Origin: Promethearchaeota archaeon
GTDB lineage: Archaea; Asgardarchaeota; Lokiarchaeia; Sigyniarchaeales; SOKP01
Length of the DNA: 64,000 nt
Assembly (NCBI GenBank): GCA_030599585.1
Contig: JAUVNS010000002.1
Span: forward strand, 32,001 to 96,000
Reading direction: 5' to 3'
Part shown: positions 9,067 to 18,568 of the stretch, piece by piece
Numbering within the stretch: the first letter of the stretch is position 1
Layout: each line of letters opens with the position of its first letter
The notes under the pieces: generated by a model
Told to the model about the DNA's origin: nothing
Databases searched by the model: none
What the model saw: only the letters and a program-made list of their open reading frames with translations
Program-made: the position numbers and the translations under genes

Positions 9067-9909
9067 ATGATAACCTGGATAACAACTGTAGGATGGAGTC
9101 CATTTGCGGTTATAAACCCGATATGGGCGTATTGTAAGGAAAATGAGAAAACTCCAGACAAGTTATTTCTTATACACACCGAAAATATGAAGGTATTAAA
9201 AAACGTAGAAACTTGTAAAAAATATCTCAATGAGATTTTACGAGAATATTCCAATAATAATTTTAAAGAAGAAAATTTAATCAGCTACCAGATTGAAAAT
9301 GAGACCTACGAAATATATTCCCTCGCAATGAAAAAAATAATAGACCGGGAGCTTAAGGATGATAAAGCAAAGATAATCTTAGATATGACTCCAGGTAGAA
9401 AATATATGTCAGCAATTAATATGTTTTTCGGTCTAAAAGCATTAAATAATTCAATTCAGGTTCTTTATCTCTATTTAGAAGAAGCTAAATACCAAAAAGT
9501 TCCATATCCATTAACACCAATAATTAAAAATGAACTAGTAGACATCATTGAATCAGCTGAAATATTTTCTAAAGATATTATTATTGATGAGGTGATAGAT
9601 CCAGATGATGAAATTATCAAAAACATTTCTGACATAGATCTTTTGAGAAAGTTTCTGGTTTTAAGGGCTATAGTAAAAGATTTCAATACAATCACGAAGA
9701 TAAAAAAATATTTTTTAGCTAAGAAACAAAGCATTAGAAGCATAGAACTTAGACAAATTCTTAAAGAGTTGCTGGAAGGTAAATATGTAAGTATTACTAA
9801 AGTCCCAAACAAAAAACAAAATTACTTTTTATACAAAAATCTTGAAAAAGCAGATAAATACATAGAAGAAACATTAAATCAGCTTAATATCGGGGAGGAT
9901 GGTGGCTGA
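9067..9909 (+). CDS. CARF domain protein with a C-terminal wHTH-like domain
   Basis: CARF motif I ITTVGWSPFAVIN, TPDKLFLIHT, motif II ILDMTPGRKYMS, VLYL; C-terminal LRQILKELLEGKYVS...YFLY. Confidence 0.82.
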   Translation: MITWITTVGWSPFAVINPIWAYCKENEKTPDKLFLIHTENMKVLKNVETCKKYLNEILREYSNNNFKEENLISYQIENETYEIYSLAMKKIIDRELKDDKAKIILDMTPGRKYMSAINMFFGLKALNNSIQVLYLYLEEAKYQKVPYPLTPIIKNELVDIIESAEIFSKDIIIDEVIDPDDEIIKNISDIDLLRKFLVLRAIVKDFNTITKIKKYFLAKKQSIRSIELRQILKELLEGKYVSITKVPNKKQNYFLYKNLEKADKYIEETLNQLNIGEDGG

Positions 9910-9915
9910 TTAAAT

Positions 9916-11031
9916 TTGATTGATATAAAAACTATTTTAGAAAAATATATTCTATTAGACTCAAACGAATTTGTTATGTTCTTCAATGAACTTTTTTTAG
10001 ACGCTAAACACCACTTAACAATAAAAGATGCGCTCTATGGTTTAGATTTATTTGATATCAAAATTTCGGACCAGATTGAAGTAGAGATACTAATTGATTT
10101 AGATCTGATCAACCAAAACAGAAAAAATATGCCAATTAATACTCAAAATGAGTTTCCAAACAAATCTCGATTTTTTGAGATATTCCTCAAGTCAGGTCTA
10201 TTTTTTAATAAATATTACAGAGGTTCTATTGATCATATTCTACGAGATATGGATCAAGTCAATCCCCTTAATGGAGATCTTCCCATAGCGATATCTTTTG
10301 ATACGAATCTATATTTCAATCATTTTTTTAGTCAGATGTATCCAATGTTACTTGAACGATATGGAGCCCCAAGGTTTCCAATCAAATTTCTCATGTCGGA
10401 AGGCGTTAAAAAAGAACTTACTCGCTATGAAAAGAAGTATAAGCAACATGATATAGATGATTTGAAAAATGTTGTGAAATATCCCTCAATTATACAAGAT
10501 TTCTTTAACCAATCCACATTAACTTCCCGCTTATGGCATTTAGGGCATAGTGACTTTTTAAAATGTATTGATAATGTTAATTATAAACTTGTTGATGAGG
10601 ATACTTCAGTTAACCATAACGATATGGACAATAAAATAATTAATGGGTTATTGAAGGAAATAAAGCAACAAAATATTAAATTGTTTATTTTAAGTCAAGA
10701 TTCTGATTTCATTGCAAGATCAAGAGGAAATAAGAATTTAGTTGCCAAATTTTTGGATAAAATTCCATACTCAAAACTTAAACAACTATACTCAATTAGC
10801 TGGGAGAAATTCGTAAGATTCATTTACACGCTTTCAGTGACTTTTGGAGCAATTATTTTAGAGTTTAAGGAAAAACCAATTATCGTTATACAAGGAATTT
10901 GGCGCGGAAAGAAATTGTTTCATTGGGAAAATGAAACCATGAAGGTTTGTTCTGCCAATAATTTACTTAGTAAGATTGAAAGAGATTTAACCATCTTGAG
11001 AAATATTAAATTAGAGGAGGGGGTAAATTAA
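9916..11031 (+). CDS. PIN-domain ribonuclease
   Basis: PIN acidic motifs ISFDTNLYF, GVKKEL, DMDNKII, FILSQDSDF. Confidence 0.8.
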   Translation: MIDIKTILEKYILLDSNEFVMFFNELFLDAKHHLTIKDALYGLDLFDIKISDQIEVEILIDLDLINQNRKNMPINTQNEFPNKSRFFEIFLKSGLFFNKYYRGSIDHILRDMDQVNPLNGDLPIAISFDTNLYFNHFFSQMYPMLLERYGAPRFPIKFLMSEGVKKELTRYEKKYKQHDIDDLKNVVKYPSIIQDFFNQSTLTSRLWHLGHSDFLKCIDNVNYKLVDEDTSVNHNDMDNKIINGLLKEIKQQNIKLFILSQDSDFIARSRGNKNLVAKFLDKIPYSKLKQLYSISWEKFVRFIYTLSVTFGAIILEFKEKPIIVIQGIWRGKKLFHWENETMKVCSANNLLSKIERDLTILRNIKLEEGVN

Positions 11032-11056
11032 TCATGGTAATCTGGAGGTTGATTGC

Positions 11057-13813
11057 GTGAGTAATCTTTACTATGCTAATTTAGATATTCCTAGATATGA
11101 AATTGAAAAAGCTAATGCTTACTACAGGCTCAAAGATTTTATAAATTATTTAAGATTAGCAAAAGAAAATCAAGAGCGTCAAAAACATGCAATTTTTTGG
11201 AAATTCTTGAAACCAGAATCTATAGAGGAAATTATTAAAAAAAGATTTATTTTAAAAACTTCTAGAGAGGAACCTTACGATGAATGGACTTTGAATGAAT
11301 TAGGTGAATACATTGAGAATGATTATGATCTGAATACTAAATTACAATCTGAAATTCAAAAGGAATTTAACCAGATATCAGATGAGGAAAAAATATGGAT
11401 CAAGATTTCTGATAAGAATAGGACAGAGGAAGGATATAAACTAATCCAGAAATTTTTTCAAAATAATTTAATTTATGATTCTCCTGATCTTTTAAAGGAA
11501 AATAGTGTTAGAGTTTTAAGTAAGGATAGAAATTACAATGCATTAATCATTAATCGTAAACCTAAGAGCGAAAAAATTTATGTAAAATATCGAGCTATCC
11601 CCTTAATTCGTCAATTAGATGCACTCCTTAATTTACAGAAAAGACCACTTAAGGCTCATCTGCCTTTATTAAAATTGGTTATGAATAAGTACTTCGCAAG
11701 GTGGGCACCTGTTGATGTAAATACAGCAAACATAATTCAATGGCATCTTCTTAAAGATGATAATCGTAATGGAATAGAGAAACAGAGAGAATTTGTAAAA
11801 ATAGCTCTTAGTACTCCTGATTTTGCAATCTTAGAAGGACCCCCTGGGTCCGGAAAAACCTATACAATCTGTGAGTTAATACTGCAATTAGTAAATCTAA
11901 ATAAGAGAGTTTTGTTATGTGCATCAACGCATGTCGCTGTGGATAATGTCCTTGAGAAAGTTAAAGATAAAAAAGCAGTAATAGCTATAAGAATTGGAAG
12001 AGATAATATATCTGAAAAGGTTAGAGAATGTCAAATAGATGAAATTGAAAAGTATGAGAGTAAAAGGATAAGGAAGAATCTACTGATAAGGAAAAAAAAA
12101 GGAGCCATCACAGATAGTCAAAATTACTTATTAGAATGTTTACAATCAAATAAATCTAATATAATACGAGACACATTTCTTGATGCAGCAAATCTAATTT
12201 GTGGTACGAACATTGGAATTCTTAATCATCCAAAAATAAAACTTAATTTAAAAAATACTGTAGCAAATATCGATTACGACTATTTAATACTAGACGAGGC
12301 TAGTAAGACTACATTTCAAGAGTTCCTAGTCCCAGGGATGCTCGCTAAAAAATGGATCATTGTTGGTGATTTTAAGCAATTATCTCCTTATGTAGACGCT
12401 GAGGATTTGGAAGGTAATTTAATAGGTTTATTGAACCCTAAGGAAGAGATAGTATGTACTGATATTTTCGAAAGCTTCCTTAATTCTTCCAAATCTAAGA
12501 AAAATGTTAATTATTGGATGAACAGTTTAATAATAGAAAACGATGATAAAATAAGAAAATTGTATGAAAAACAAGCTAAAGCACTAGGTTTAGATTACAT
12601 TAGAATTGAAGATGAAAAATATAATAAATTTGAATTGTTAGGCTCTCAAATAATAATTACATCTGAATCATTAGTAAAAACAATAGAACATGATTTACCT
12701 GTTAATATACATCATATACGCGGAGATTTTCAATTAACTAATTTTAAAAGAAGAAGAGAGTTTTGGAAGAAGCATTGCAATCCAAAAATTTATGAAGATG
12801 ATAATGAGAATAATATACTAGAAAAAGAAAAATGGCCTCATCAAGTTGCATGGAGATTAATAAGAGCTAATGAGACGAGAATTACTAAAGAGAATCATGA
12901 ATACTATTTGAATCAATTGAAAGGACTGTATCCTAATTTTCAATTGTTAAATTCATCCAAAGATGAAGATATTGAAATTGAAAAAGATGTTGAAATTGAC
13001 ATTAATGAAAAACTTAAAGAAAAAATTGATTTAATTAGCACTATAGGATTACCATCAATTATTGAATCTCTCCAAAATGGAATAAAATCAAGTGTAAAAA
13101 GTAAATATCCATACATCCTTTCTGAAGGTTTTGATAAAGAAGTTCTTAACACAAGGCATGTATTACTTAACTACCAATATAGAATGCATCCAGAGATCTC
13201 AGAATTCCCCAGAAAATATGTGTACAATAATGATGCTCTCAAAGATTATCCAGGAACGAATAGAGAATGGAATTTTCCAAGATATGAAAATAAACGCATT
13301 GTATGGGTAAATACGTTGGGAAGTAAAGACTCTGAACTGAACATGAACCGTTCAGAAGTAGAGAATATTATTTTTGAACTAAAAGAATTTATGAAATGGT
13401 CGGAAAGAGGGGGAAGATATAAAACATGGGAAGTAGCAATTTTAACTTTCTATCGTGCTCAAGAAAGGCTGATTAGACGAGAATTACAAAAATTTTTCGC
13501 AACAAAAAGTAGAAGGTTTTTCAATTCAACGAAAATGAATGTTGCGGTTGAGTTATGTGTCGTTGATCGGTTCCAAGGACATGAAGCTGATGTTATTTTC
13601 TTATCTTTTGTTCAAACCCAAAAAGAAGGTTTTTTAAATAGTGTGAATAGATTAAATGTTGCCTTGACCAGAGCTAAATATCAATTAGTCATTTTTGGTT
13701 CTCATAAGTTTTTTATAAAAACAAAATCAGAAATTTTAAGAAATCTTGCTGAATTTTGTATGAAGAATATAATTATACCTTTTAGAGGAGGGAAAAAAAT
13801 TGGATACAATTAA
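11057..13813 (+). CDS. Upf1/DNA2/NAM7-like SF1B helicase (AAA_11/AAA_12)
   Basis: EGPPGSGKT, ASTHVAVDN, ILDEAS, VGDFKQL, QYRMHPEI, VDRFQGHEAD, RLNVALTRAK; SD GGAGGT upstream of the GTG start. Confidence 0.95.
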   Translation: MSNLYYANLDIPRYEIEKANAYYRLKDFINYLRLAKENQERQKHAIFWKFLKPESIEEIIKKRFILKTSREEPYDEWTLNELGEYIENDYDLNTKLQSEIQKEFNQISDEEKIWIKISDKNRTEEGYKLIQKFFQNNLIYDSPDLLKENSVRVLSKDRNYNALIINRKPKSEKIYVKYRAIPLIRQLDALLNLQKRPLKAHLPLLKLVMNKYFARWAPVDVNTANIIQWHLLKDDNRNGIEKQREFVKIALSTPDFAILEGPPGSGKTYTICELILQLVNLNKRVLLCASTHVAVDNVLEKVKDKKAVIAIRIGRDNISEKVRECQIDEIEKYESKRIRKNLLIRKKKGAITDSQNYLLECLQSNKSNIIRDTFLDAANLICGTNIGILNHPKIKLNLKNTVANIDYDYLILDEASKTTFQEFLVPGMLAKKWIIVGDFKQLSPYVDAEDLEGNLIGLLNPKEEIVCTDIFESFLNSSKSKKNVNYWMNSLIIENDDKIRKLYEKQAKALGLDYIRIEDEKYNKFELLGSQIIITSESLVKTIEHDLPVNIHHIRGDFQLTNFKRRREFWKKHCNPKIYEDDNENNILEKEKWPHQVAWRLIRANETRITKENHEYYLNQLKGLYPNFQLLNSSKDEDIEIEKDVEIDINEKLKEKIDLISTIGLPSIIESLQNGIKSSVKSKYPYILSEGFDKEVLNTRHVLLNYQYRMHPEISEFPRKYVYNNDALKDYPGTNREWNFPRYENKRIVWVNTLGSKDSELNMNRSEVENIIFELKEFMKWSERGGRYKTWEVAILTFYRAQERLIRRELQKFFATKSRRFFNSTKMNVAVELCVVDRFQGHEADVIFLSFVQTQKEGFLNSVNRLNVALTRAKYQLVIFGSHKFFIKTKSEILRNLAEFCMKNIIIPFRGGKKIGYN

Positions 13814-14900
13814 ACTTAAAAGAAAAGTGGAAATTCAAAGATTTAGAGCTATAATTGATTTAGGAAGGCAAAGAGAAAAAGAAGTCTATATAGCAATATT
13901 AAAACTGGCACAAGAAAATGAGGGGATAATTACACCAGAATTAATAATTGAGAGTTTCTTCGAGGGAAGACCCATAGATTTTGCAATTAGAATTATTCAA
14001 AATTGTAAAATAGATGGTTTATTTGATGATTATGGACATATTTCTGAAGAGGGGAAGGTTGCATTAAGTGAAAATAAGATATTTCTAGGAGAGAATGGAG
14101 CTTATGAATTTTGGACTACTTTAGATCCACTAATTCCCCAATTAATCCTTGACATTAAACTAATTGATGTACGCCAAATGAATAAAAAAGCAAATCGTGG
14201 TTCAGTAGAAGTAATTCCAGATTGGATTAAAAATCTGGAAAATCAAAAAATTAACCTCCTTAACAAGAATAAAGATGTTATAAAAATTTATGAGTTTCTC
14301 CCTCAAATTGAAGTATTAAAAAACTATTTAAATGTTACTGTTCACTTTCATATTACTCCATTAGAAGTATCTGAAGAATCCAAGCTAATGGTTGCTGGAG
14401 ATTTAAGGAAAAATCTAACTCAAATTCCAAAATATTCATTTGAAGAAATTTGGTTTTCTCTATTAGGAATTGAGAAAAATAAATGGGATCCAAATAAATC
14501 TGCATTGCTCTACAATTTTGAAGATGTTAAGGACAATAATTCAAGGATGAGTTTTTCTATCGATAAACAATTTCAAAGACCTGATATTTTAGATTTAGGT
14601 AAGTTTGAGGATGTATCTGTCAGGAATATTCCAATAATACCCGTCAACGAGAAAGAAGCAAATATATGGGCAAATTGGATATTAGAACAAGAGATTAATA
14701 ATTATACATATGAGGAATCATATATAGAAATATGCTACGGTATTGCTTCCAAACCTCAGTTTTCAGATTTTCAGATCGCCTTTCCATCACAAATAGAGCT
14801 TGCTGAAAAATTCATTAGGAGAGAAGATAACGGAGAAATAAAATTTTTAGAGAAATTTTGGTATTTACAAACACCAATAGATTTAAGAATTAAAAATTAG
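13800..14900 (+). CDS. Hypothetical helicase-associated protein, N-terminal wHTH-like
   Basis: Overlaps the helicase stop; AILKLAQE...IIQNCKIDGLFDDYGHISEEG resembles a wHTH; no catalytic motif recognised. Confidence 0.7.
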   Translation: MDTIKLKRKVEIQRFRAIIDLGRQREKEVYIAILKLAQENEGIITPELIIESFFEGRPIDFAIRIIQNCKIDGLFDDYGHISEEGKVALSENKIFLGENGAYEFWTTLDPLIPQLILDIKLIDVRQMNKKANRGSVEVIPDWIKNLENQKINLLNKNKDVIKIYEFLPQIEVLKNYLNVTVHFHITPLEVSEESKLMVAGDLRKNLTQIPKYSFEEIWFSLLGIEKNKWDPNKSALLYNFEDVKDNNSRMSFSIDKQFQRPDILDLGKFEDVSVRNIPIIPVNEKEANIWANWILEQEINNYTYEESYIEICYGIASKPQFSDFQIAFPSQIELAEKFIRREDNGEIKFLEKFWYLQTPIDLRIKN

Positions 14901-14912
14901 AGGGTTTTTAAA

Positions 14913-16493
14913 ATGTTTGAAATAATTCAGAAGCAGAAGGAAATTGATTTAAGAAGAGAAGAAATTCCTCATTGTTGGATTTATAAAGAATCTAATCAAG
15001 ATTTAGCATTAAATAATTATTTTAAGAATACACAATTATCAGATGACATTTGGTTGAGTGGTCAAGATCGGAAATTGCTTATTCAATTAATAAATTCAAT
15101 CAAAAAGGCAAGGAATATCATATGTTTATCAACATTTATTTTTAGTAGTAAAGAAATCAAGGATGAACTTATAGAAGCAAGTAAAAGAGGTGTGAGAGTT
15201 TATATGATTACTGCATCAAATAAACATTTAAAATCCTTACCTGAAGATGATGATAATTTCAACAAGCATATGTACGTGGAAATGAGCGAATTATTTAATG
15301 AGTTACAAGGAATAGTAAAAATAAGAACATCAGAAAACTTTCATACAAAATTCTTATTAATTGATCCAGGAAGAGATGAGATTTCTGAAGGTTATCTACT
15401 TACATCTAATTTTGATACAAAGGGATTGATCGGTAGGGATATTAAAGGGATTTATCATGTTAATCAAGAAATAGGTATTTTTTTAAATAAAAGAGAGGTT
15501 GAGGATCTTTTTAAGCAATTCTGCTTAGGTTTTTGGGAGTTAAGCAAAGAAGAATCCAAAGTTGATGGTTTTTATCCTTTAAATAGCAATATTCAACAGA
15601 ATTTTACCTTTAATAATCTTCTACTCAATTCTCCTAATCATAAGTCTTTAAAGAATGAAATAATTAATATTATTTCAAGTACCAGAGGTAAAATATTTAT
15701 CAGTACTTATGGTATTACGGACGATAATGAGATCTATAATTTAATTTTAAATGAACTTGTTGAGAAAAAAAGAGAAGTGTTCATTTTAACTCGACCCCGA
15801 GTAACTAAAATGGAAAGTTTAATTAAGTTATCACAAAATGGAGCAAAAATTTACGGACACTACGATATTCACGCTAAACTCGTAATTGTTGAAAATATAA
15901 ATAATCCACAAGGCATAGTTATGACAGCTAATATTGATAATATTAGTTTTGAAAATAGTTTTGAAACAGGAAAAATCTTAGATCCAGTTCAAGCAAGAAC
16001 ACTTTTAAATGTAATTTATACTTGGATTAATTATTTCCCATTGGAATTAATGTGTAATATTGAGAGAGGAAAATTGGATAGATATGCTCTAGTTTGGAAT
16101 AGATTAACAAAAACATTGGATCGTAAAAAAGTAATATTTGAAAAGATTGAAGAATTAAAACCAGAGTATGCAAGTTCTATCTTACATTACAGAAATTATG
16201 AAATTTCAAATAAAAAATTAGATTTTGTTGAAAGTAATTCTGAAATCGTTCAAAAAATGGTCTTTAAATACAAAGTAAAACCCCCAATCAAACCAGTTAA
16301 TGCAAAAACATATTTGGAAGAAGCGGACAAAGAAAAATCAAAATCAAAGAAAAATAAGAAAAATTTTCAATTCTTTCTTCTAAACAATCAAAGTTATATT
16401 GTAGTTAAAAATGACGATGAGTTAAAAGAAGCAATAAAAATCACAGAAAAATCAAATGTAAAAATAGTAACTCTCGAGAAATATCTCTTTTAG
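14913..16493 (+). CDS. Phospholipase D-family nuclease with two HKD-type motifs
   Basis: FHTKFLLID...LLTSNF and IHAKLVIVE...VMTANI; also LIEASKRGVRVYMI. Confidence 0.9.
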   Translation: MFEIIQKQKEIDLRREEIPHCWIYKESNQDLALNNYFKNTQLSDDIWLSGQDRKLLIQLINSIKKARNIICLSTFIFSSKEIKDELIEASKRGVRVYMITASNKHLKSLPEDDDNFNKHMYVEMSELFNELQGIVKIRTSENFHTKFLLIDPGRDEISEGYLLTSNFDTKGLIGRDIKGIYHVNQEIGIFLNKREVEDLFKQFCLGFWELSKEESKVDGFYPLNSNIQQNFTFNNLLLNSPNHKSLKNEIINIISSTRGKIFISTYGITDDNEIYNLILNELVEKKREVFILTRPRVTKMESLIKLSQNGAKIYGHYDIHAKLVIVENINNPQGIVMTANIDNISFENSFETGKILDPVQARTLLNVIYTWINYFPLELMCNIERGKLDRYALVWNRLTKTLDRKKVIFEKIEELKPEYASSILHYRNYEISNKKLDFVESNSEIVQKMVFKYKVKPPIKPVNAKTYLEEADKEKSKSKKNKKNFQFFLLNNQSYIVVKNDDELKEAIKITEKSNVKIVTLEKYLF

Positions 16494-16545
16494 TATCATG
16501 AGTAGTATTTCCAAAATTATTTTGGTAATTTCTCTTTCACTTAAA

Positions 16546-16842
16546 TTATTCGTTTTCTTTTTTATTGCTGTGCGTTTCTATACTGTAATACCAGTGTTTC
16601 ATATGGTATGGCATGTATATCAGATCACATATCTTAGCAGCAGCGAGAGCTTTTGCAAATCTTTTTTTTGTAGTTTCATTGCCCCTTGCGTAAAACTCAT
16701 TAATTGGAAAAATCTCATTAGCCTTTACCCAAATTTCAAAACAAAAGCTTGAATTGATTGTTGGAACTTCTTTATACTTAATAGACACAATAAGTCTTTT
16801 TTTTTGTAGTTCATCTAAAGTATTTATTGGATTATTTAACCC
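16546..16842 (-). pseudogene. dsRNA-binding-domain-like reading frame, probably the frameshifted 3' half of the 16836-17360 gene
   Basis: Frame stays open upstream of the GTG at 16788 to 16842: GLNNPINTLDELQKKRLIVSIKYKEV...FCFEIWV...YARGNETTKKRFAKALAAAKICDLI. Confidence 0.5.
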
Positions 16843-17360
16843 TTACCTATATCTTTATATCTTACTTGAAAGTTATCTCGTATATCGATTTCATTGGGAT
16901 CACTTATGTCAGTGAAAAATTTGTAGTATTTCATCTCATCATCTTCGATTTCAAATTTCCAAAAACTCATTTCATCTGTTGTGTAGTCCCAACTTTCAGA
17001 ATTAACAGCCAAGCCTGTGATAGATTTAATATCAGAGTTTATTTTTTTGAAGGCTTTCATATAATCTATCACTTGCTTTCTCAATTCTGTAGGATCTTTT
17101 TTTTTACATTCTACAATTAAAAATTTTCCTAAACCATCAGTAAAAACTAAATCTCCTTTTCCTTTGTCTGTTCGGCCTTGTACAACTTCCCATTCATAAT
17201 CGTAAGCATATTTATACTCTCTGAATTGAGGCATTTTCTCTGCAAGATGATTGATAACCTCTTTGACAATTAAAAATTCAGGATTTTTATCCCAATTTCT
17301 ATTAATAATGTAAGAGCGAATAGTATTATCCCTATGTTTTAAAATCTTTTTATTTCTCAT
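16836..17360 (-). CDS. PD-(D/E)xK restriction-like nuclease domain protein
   Basis: YEWEV...GKGDLVFTDGLGKFLIVECKK...RKQVIDY (D...ExK...QxxxY). Confidence 0.7.
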   Translation of the reverse strand: MRNKKILKHRDNTIRSYIINRNWDKNPEFLIVKEVINHLAEKMPQFREYKYAYDYEWEVVQGRTDKGKGDLVFTDGLGKFLIVECKKKDPTELRKQVIDYMKAFKKINSDIKSITGLAVNSESWDYTTDEMSFWKFEIEDDEMKYYKFFTDISDPNEIDIRDNFQVRYKDIGKG

Positions 17361-17492
17361 ATTCTTCTTTAAGAATTCTTATCATTTATCTATCTATTAA
17401 TTGCTTAATTACATTTATAAGATTCAACTTATCGCCAAATATTTAAGCATAATAAGAACTACGGATTTTGTCTTTGGATAACATAGTTGCAA

Positions 17493-17975
17493 TTATTCTT
17501 TTTCTTTATCCTTTCTCGCTTGAAGATATGATGAGAACCCCAAATGTAATAGTGAAAAGAGCATACGCGCGTGTTTTTTTCTAGCCTTAGGGTCTTCGTT
17601 AAGGTAATAGATTTCCTTAGCAAACTTGGTTATTTCATCTCGATAGTAGTCTACATACGCTCTACAGTGTTTTTCGAACTCTTCACCATCAAAATCAACA
17701 ATAAATTTTGGTCTTACTTTGTCTGTAGCTCCTATTTCGGATTTTACCTTATCGGTTGCTTTTTTTGATTGATGTAAGATGTCATCAACAGCATATACAT
17801 CGTCTTTTTCTGGTTTTTTGTTATACTGAACTAATTTTCTCCCATAAGGACACATTAACTTACAATAAGAGCAGTAAGTTATTTGTTCATCAAAATCCAA
17901 GGAATCCCAGGCCTTATCTGGAATTTTTTGACACGCATAAGGAAAATTATTGGCTTTTTTTAGTATGTCTTTCAT
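17493..17975 (-). CDS. Hypothetical Cys-containing (putative zinc-binding) protein
   Basis: Start moved to ATG 17975 (GGAGGT SD upstream, removes overlap with rnhA); C...CSYCKLMC. Confidence 0.65.
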   Translation of the reverse strand: MKDILKKANNFPYACQKIPDKAWDSLDFDEQITYCSYCKLMCPYGRKLVQYNKKPEKDDVYAVDDILHQSKKATDKVKSEIGATDKVRPKFIVDFDGEEFEKHCRAYVDYYRDEITKFAKEIYYLNEDPKARKKHARMLFSLLHLGFSSYLQARKDKEKE

Positions 17976-18000
17976 ATAATTACCTCCGCCTTGATTATTT

Positions 18001-18441
18001 TTAATTTTTAAATCCTTCAGCATCCAATCGGTCATTACACAATTTATCGCATTTTTGGATGTAGGGATTATTCCTTCCCACATGAAAAAACTCCACCTTT
18101 TCGTATTTCTCGCACAGCTTATAGACCTCGCTGCACATTTTCGATAAGTGTGGATAGTTGATTTTCCATTTCTTATTGATTTGCTGGACTGCTAAGTTGC
18201 TATCAGAATACACTTGAATGTGCCCTCGTGAGAATTTTTCAGCAACTTTTAAAGCGTTAATTATAGCTTGATATTCGGCAGTATTGTTTGTCGCAGTTCC
18301 AATAAAAACACACTCATCGCGGATAATTTTATCATTATGAAGGAATAGAAAAGCGCTAGCAGCGGGTCCGGGATTGCCGCGTGAGGCACCATCCACATAA
18401 ATTTTAAGTTTATCTCCTTTTTTAACGGGACTGTTGTTCAT
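18001..18441 (-). CDS. rnhA: Ribonuclease HI
   Basis: IYVDGASRGNPGPA, TNNTAEYQA, VYSDS, HVGR...CDKL. Confidence 0.93.
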   Translation of the reverse strand: MNNSPVKKGDKLKIYVDGASRGNPGPAASAFLFLHNDKIIRDECVFIGTATNNTAEYQAIINALKVAEKFSRGHIQVYSDSNLAVQQINKKWKINYPHLSKMCSEVYKLCEKYEKVEFFHVGRNNPYIQKCDKLCNDRLDAEGFKN

Positions 18442-18568
18442 AATAAAGATGAGTGAATTTTTTAATTTAAATTTATAACAACCTTCTTTGTTCTTTCCTT
18501 TCTCGACTTGAAATTCTTTAACAATTCCCTATTTATTAGTAATATTTTTATAAAACGAAACAGAAATA

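Noticed and set aside
8382-9909. CARF genes as evidence of a CRISPR-Cas locus
   Set aside because: No cas genes or array are recognisable in the window
14913-16493. Cardiolipin synthase or lipid-active PLD
   Set aside because: No TM segments; coupled to a helicase operon, so a nuclease-type PLD is more likely
17976-18083. N-terminal extension of the 196-aa ORF
   Set aside because: Overlaps rnhA; the SD supports the ATG at 17975
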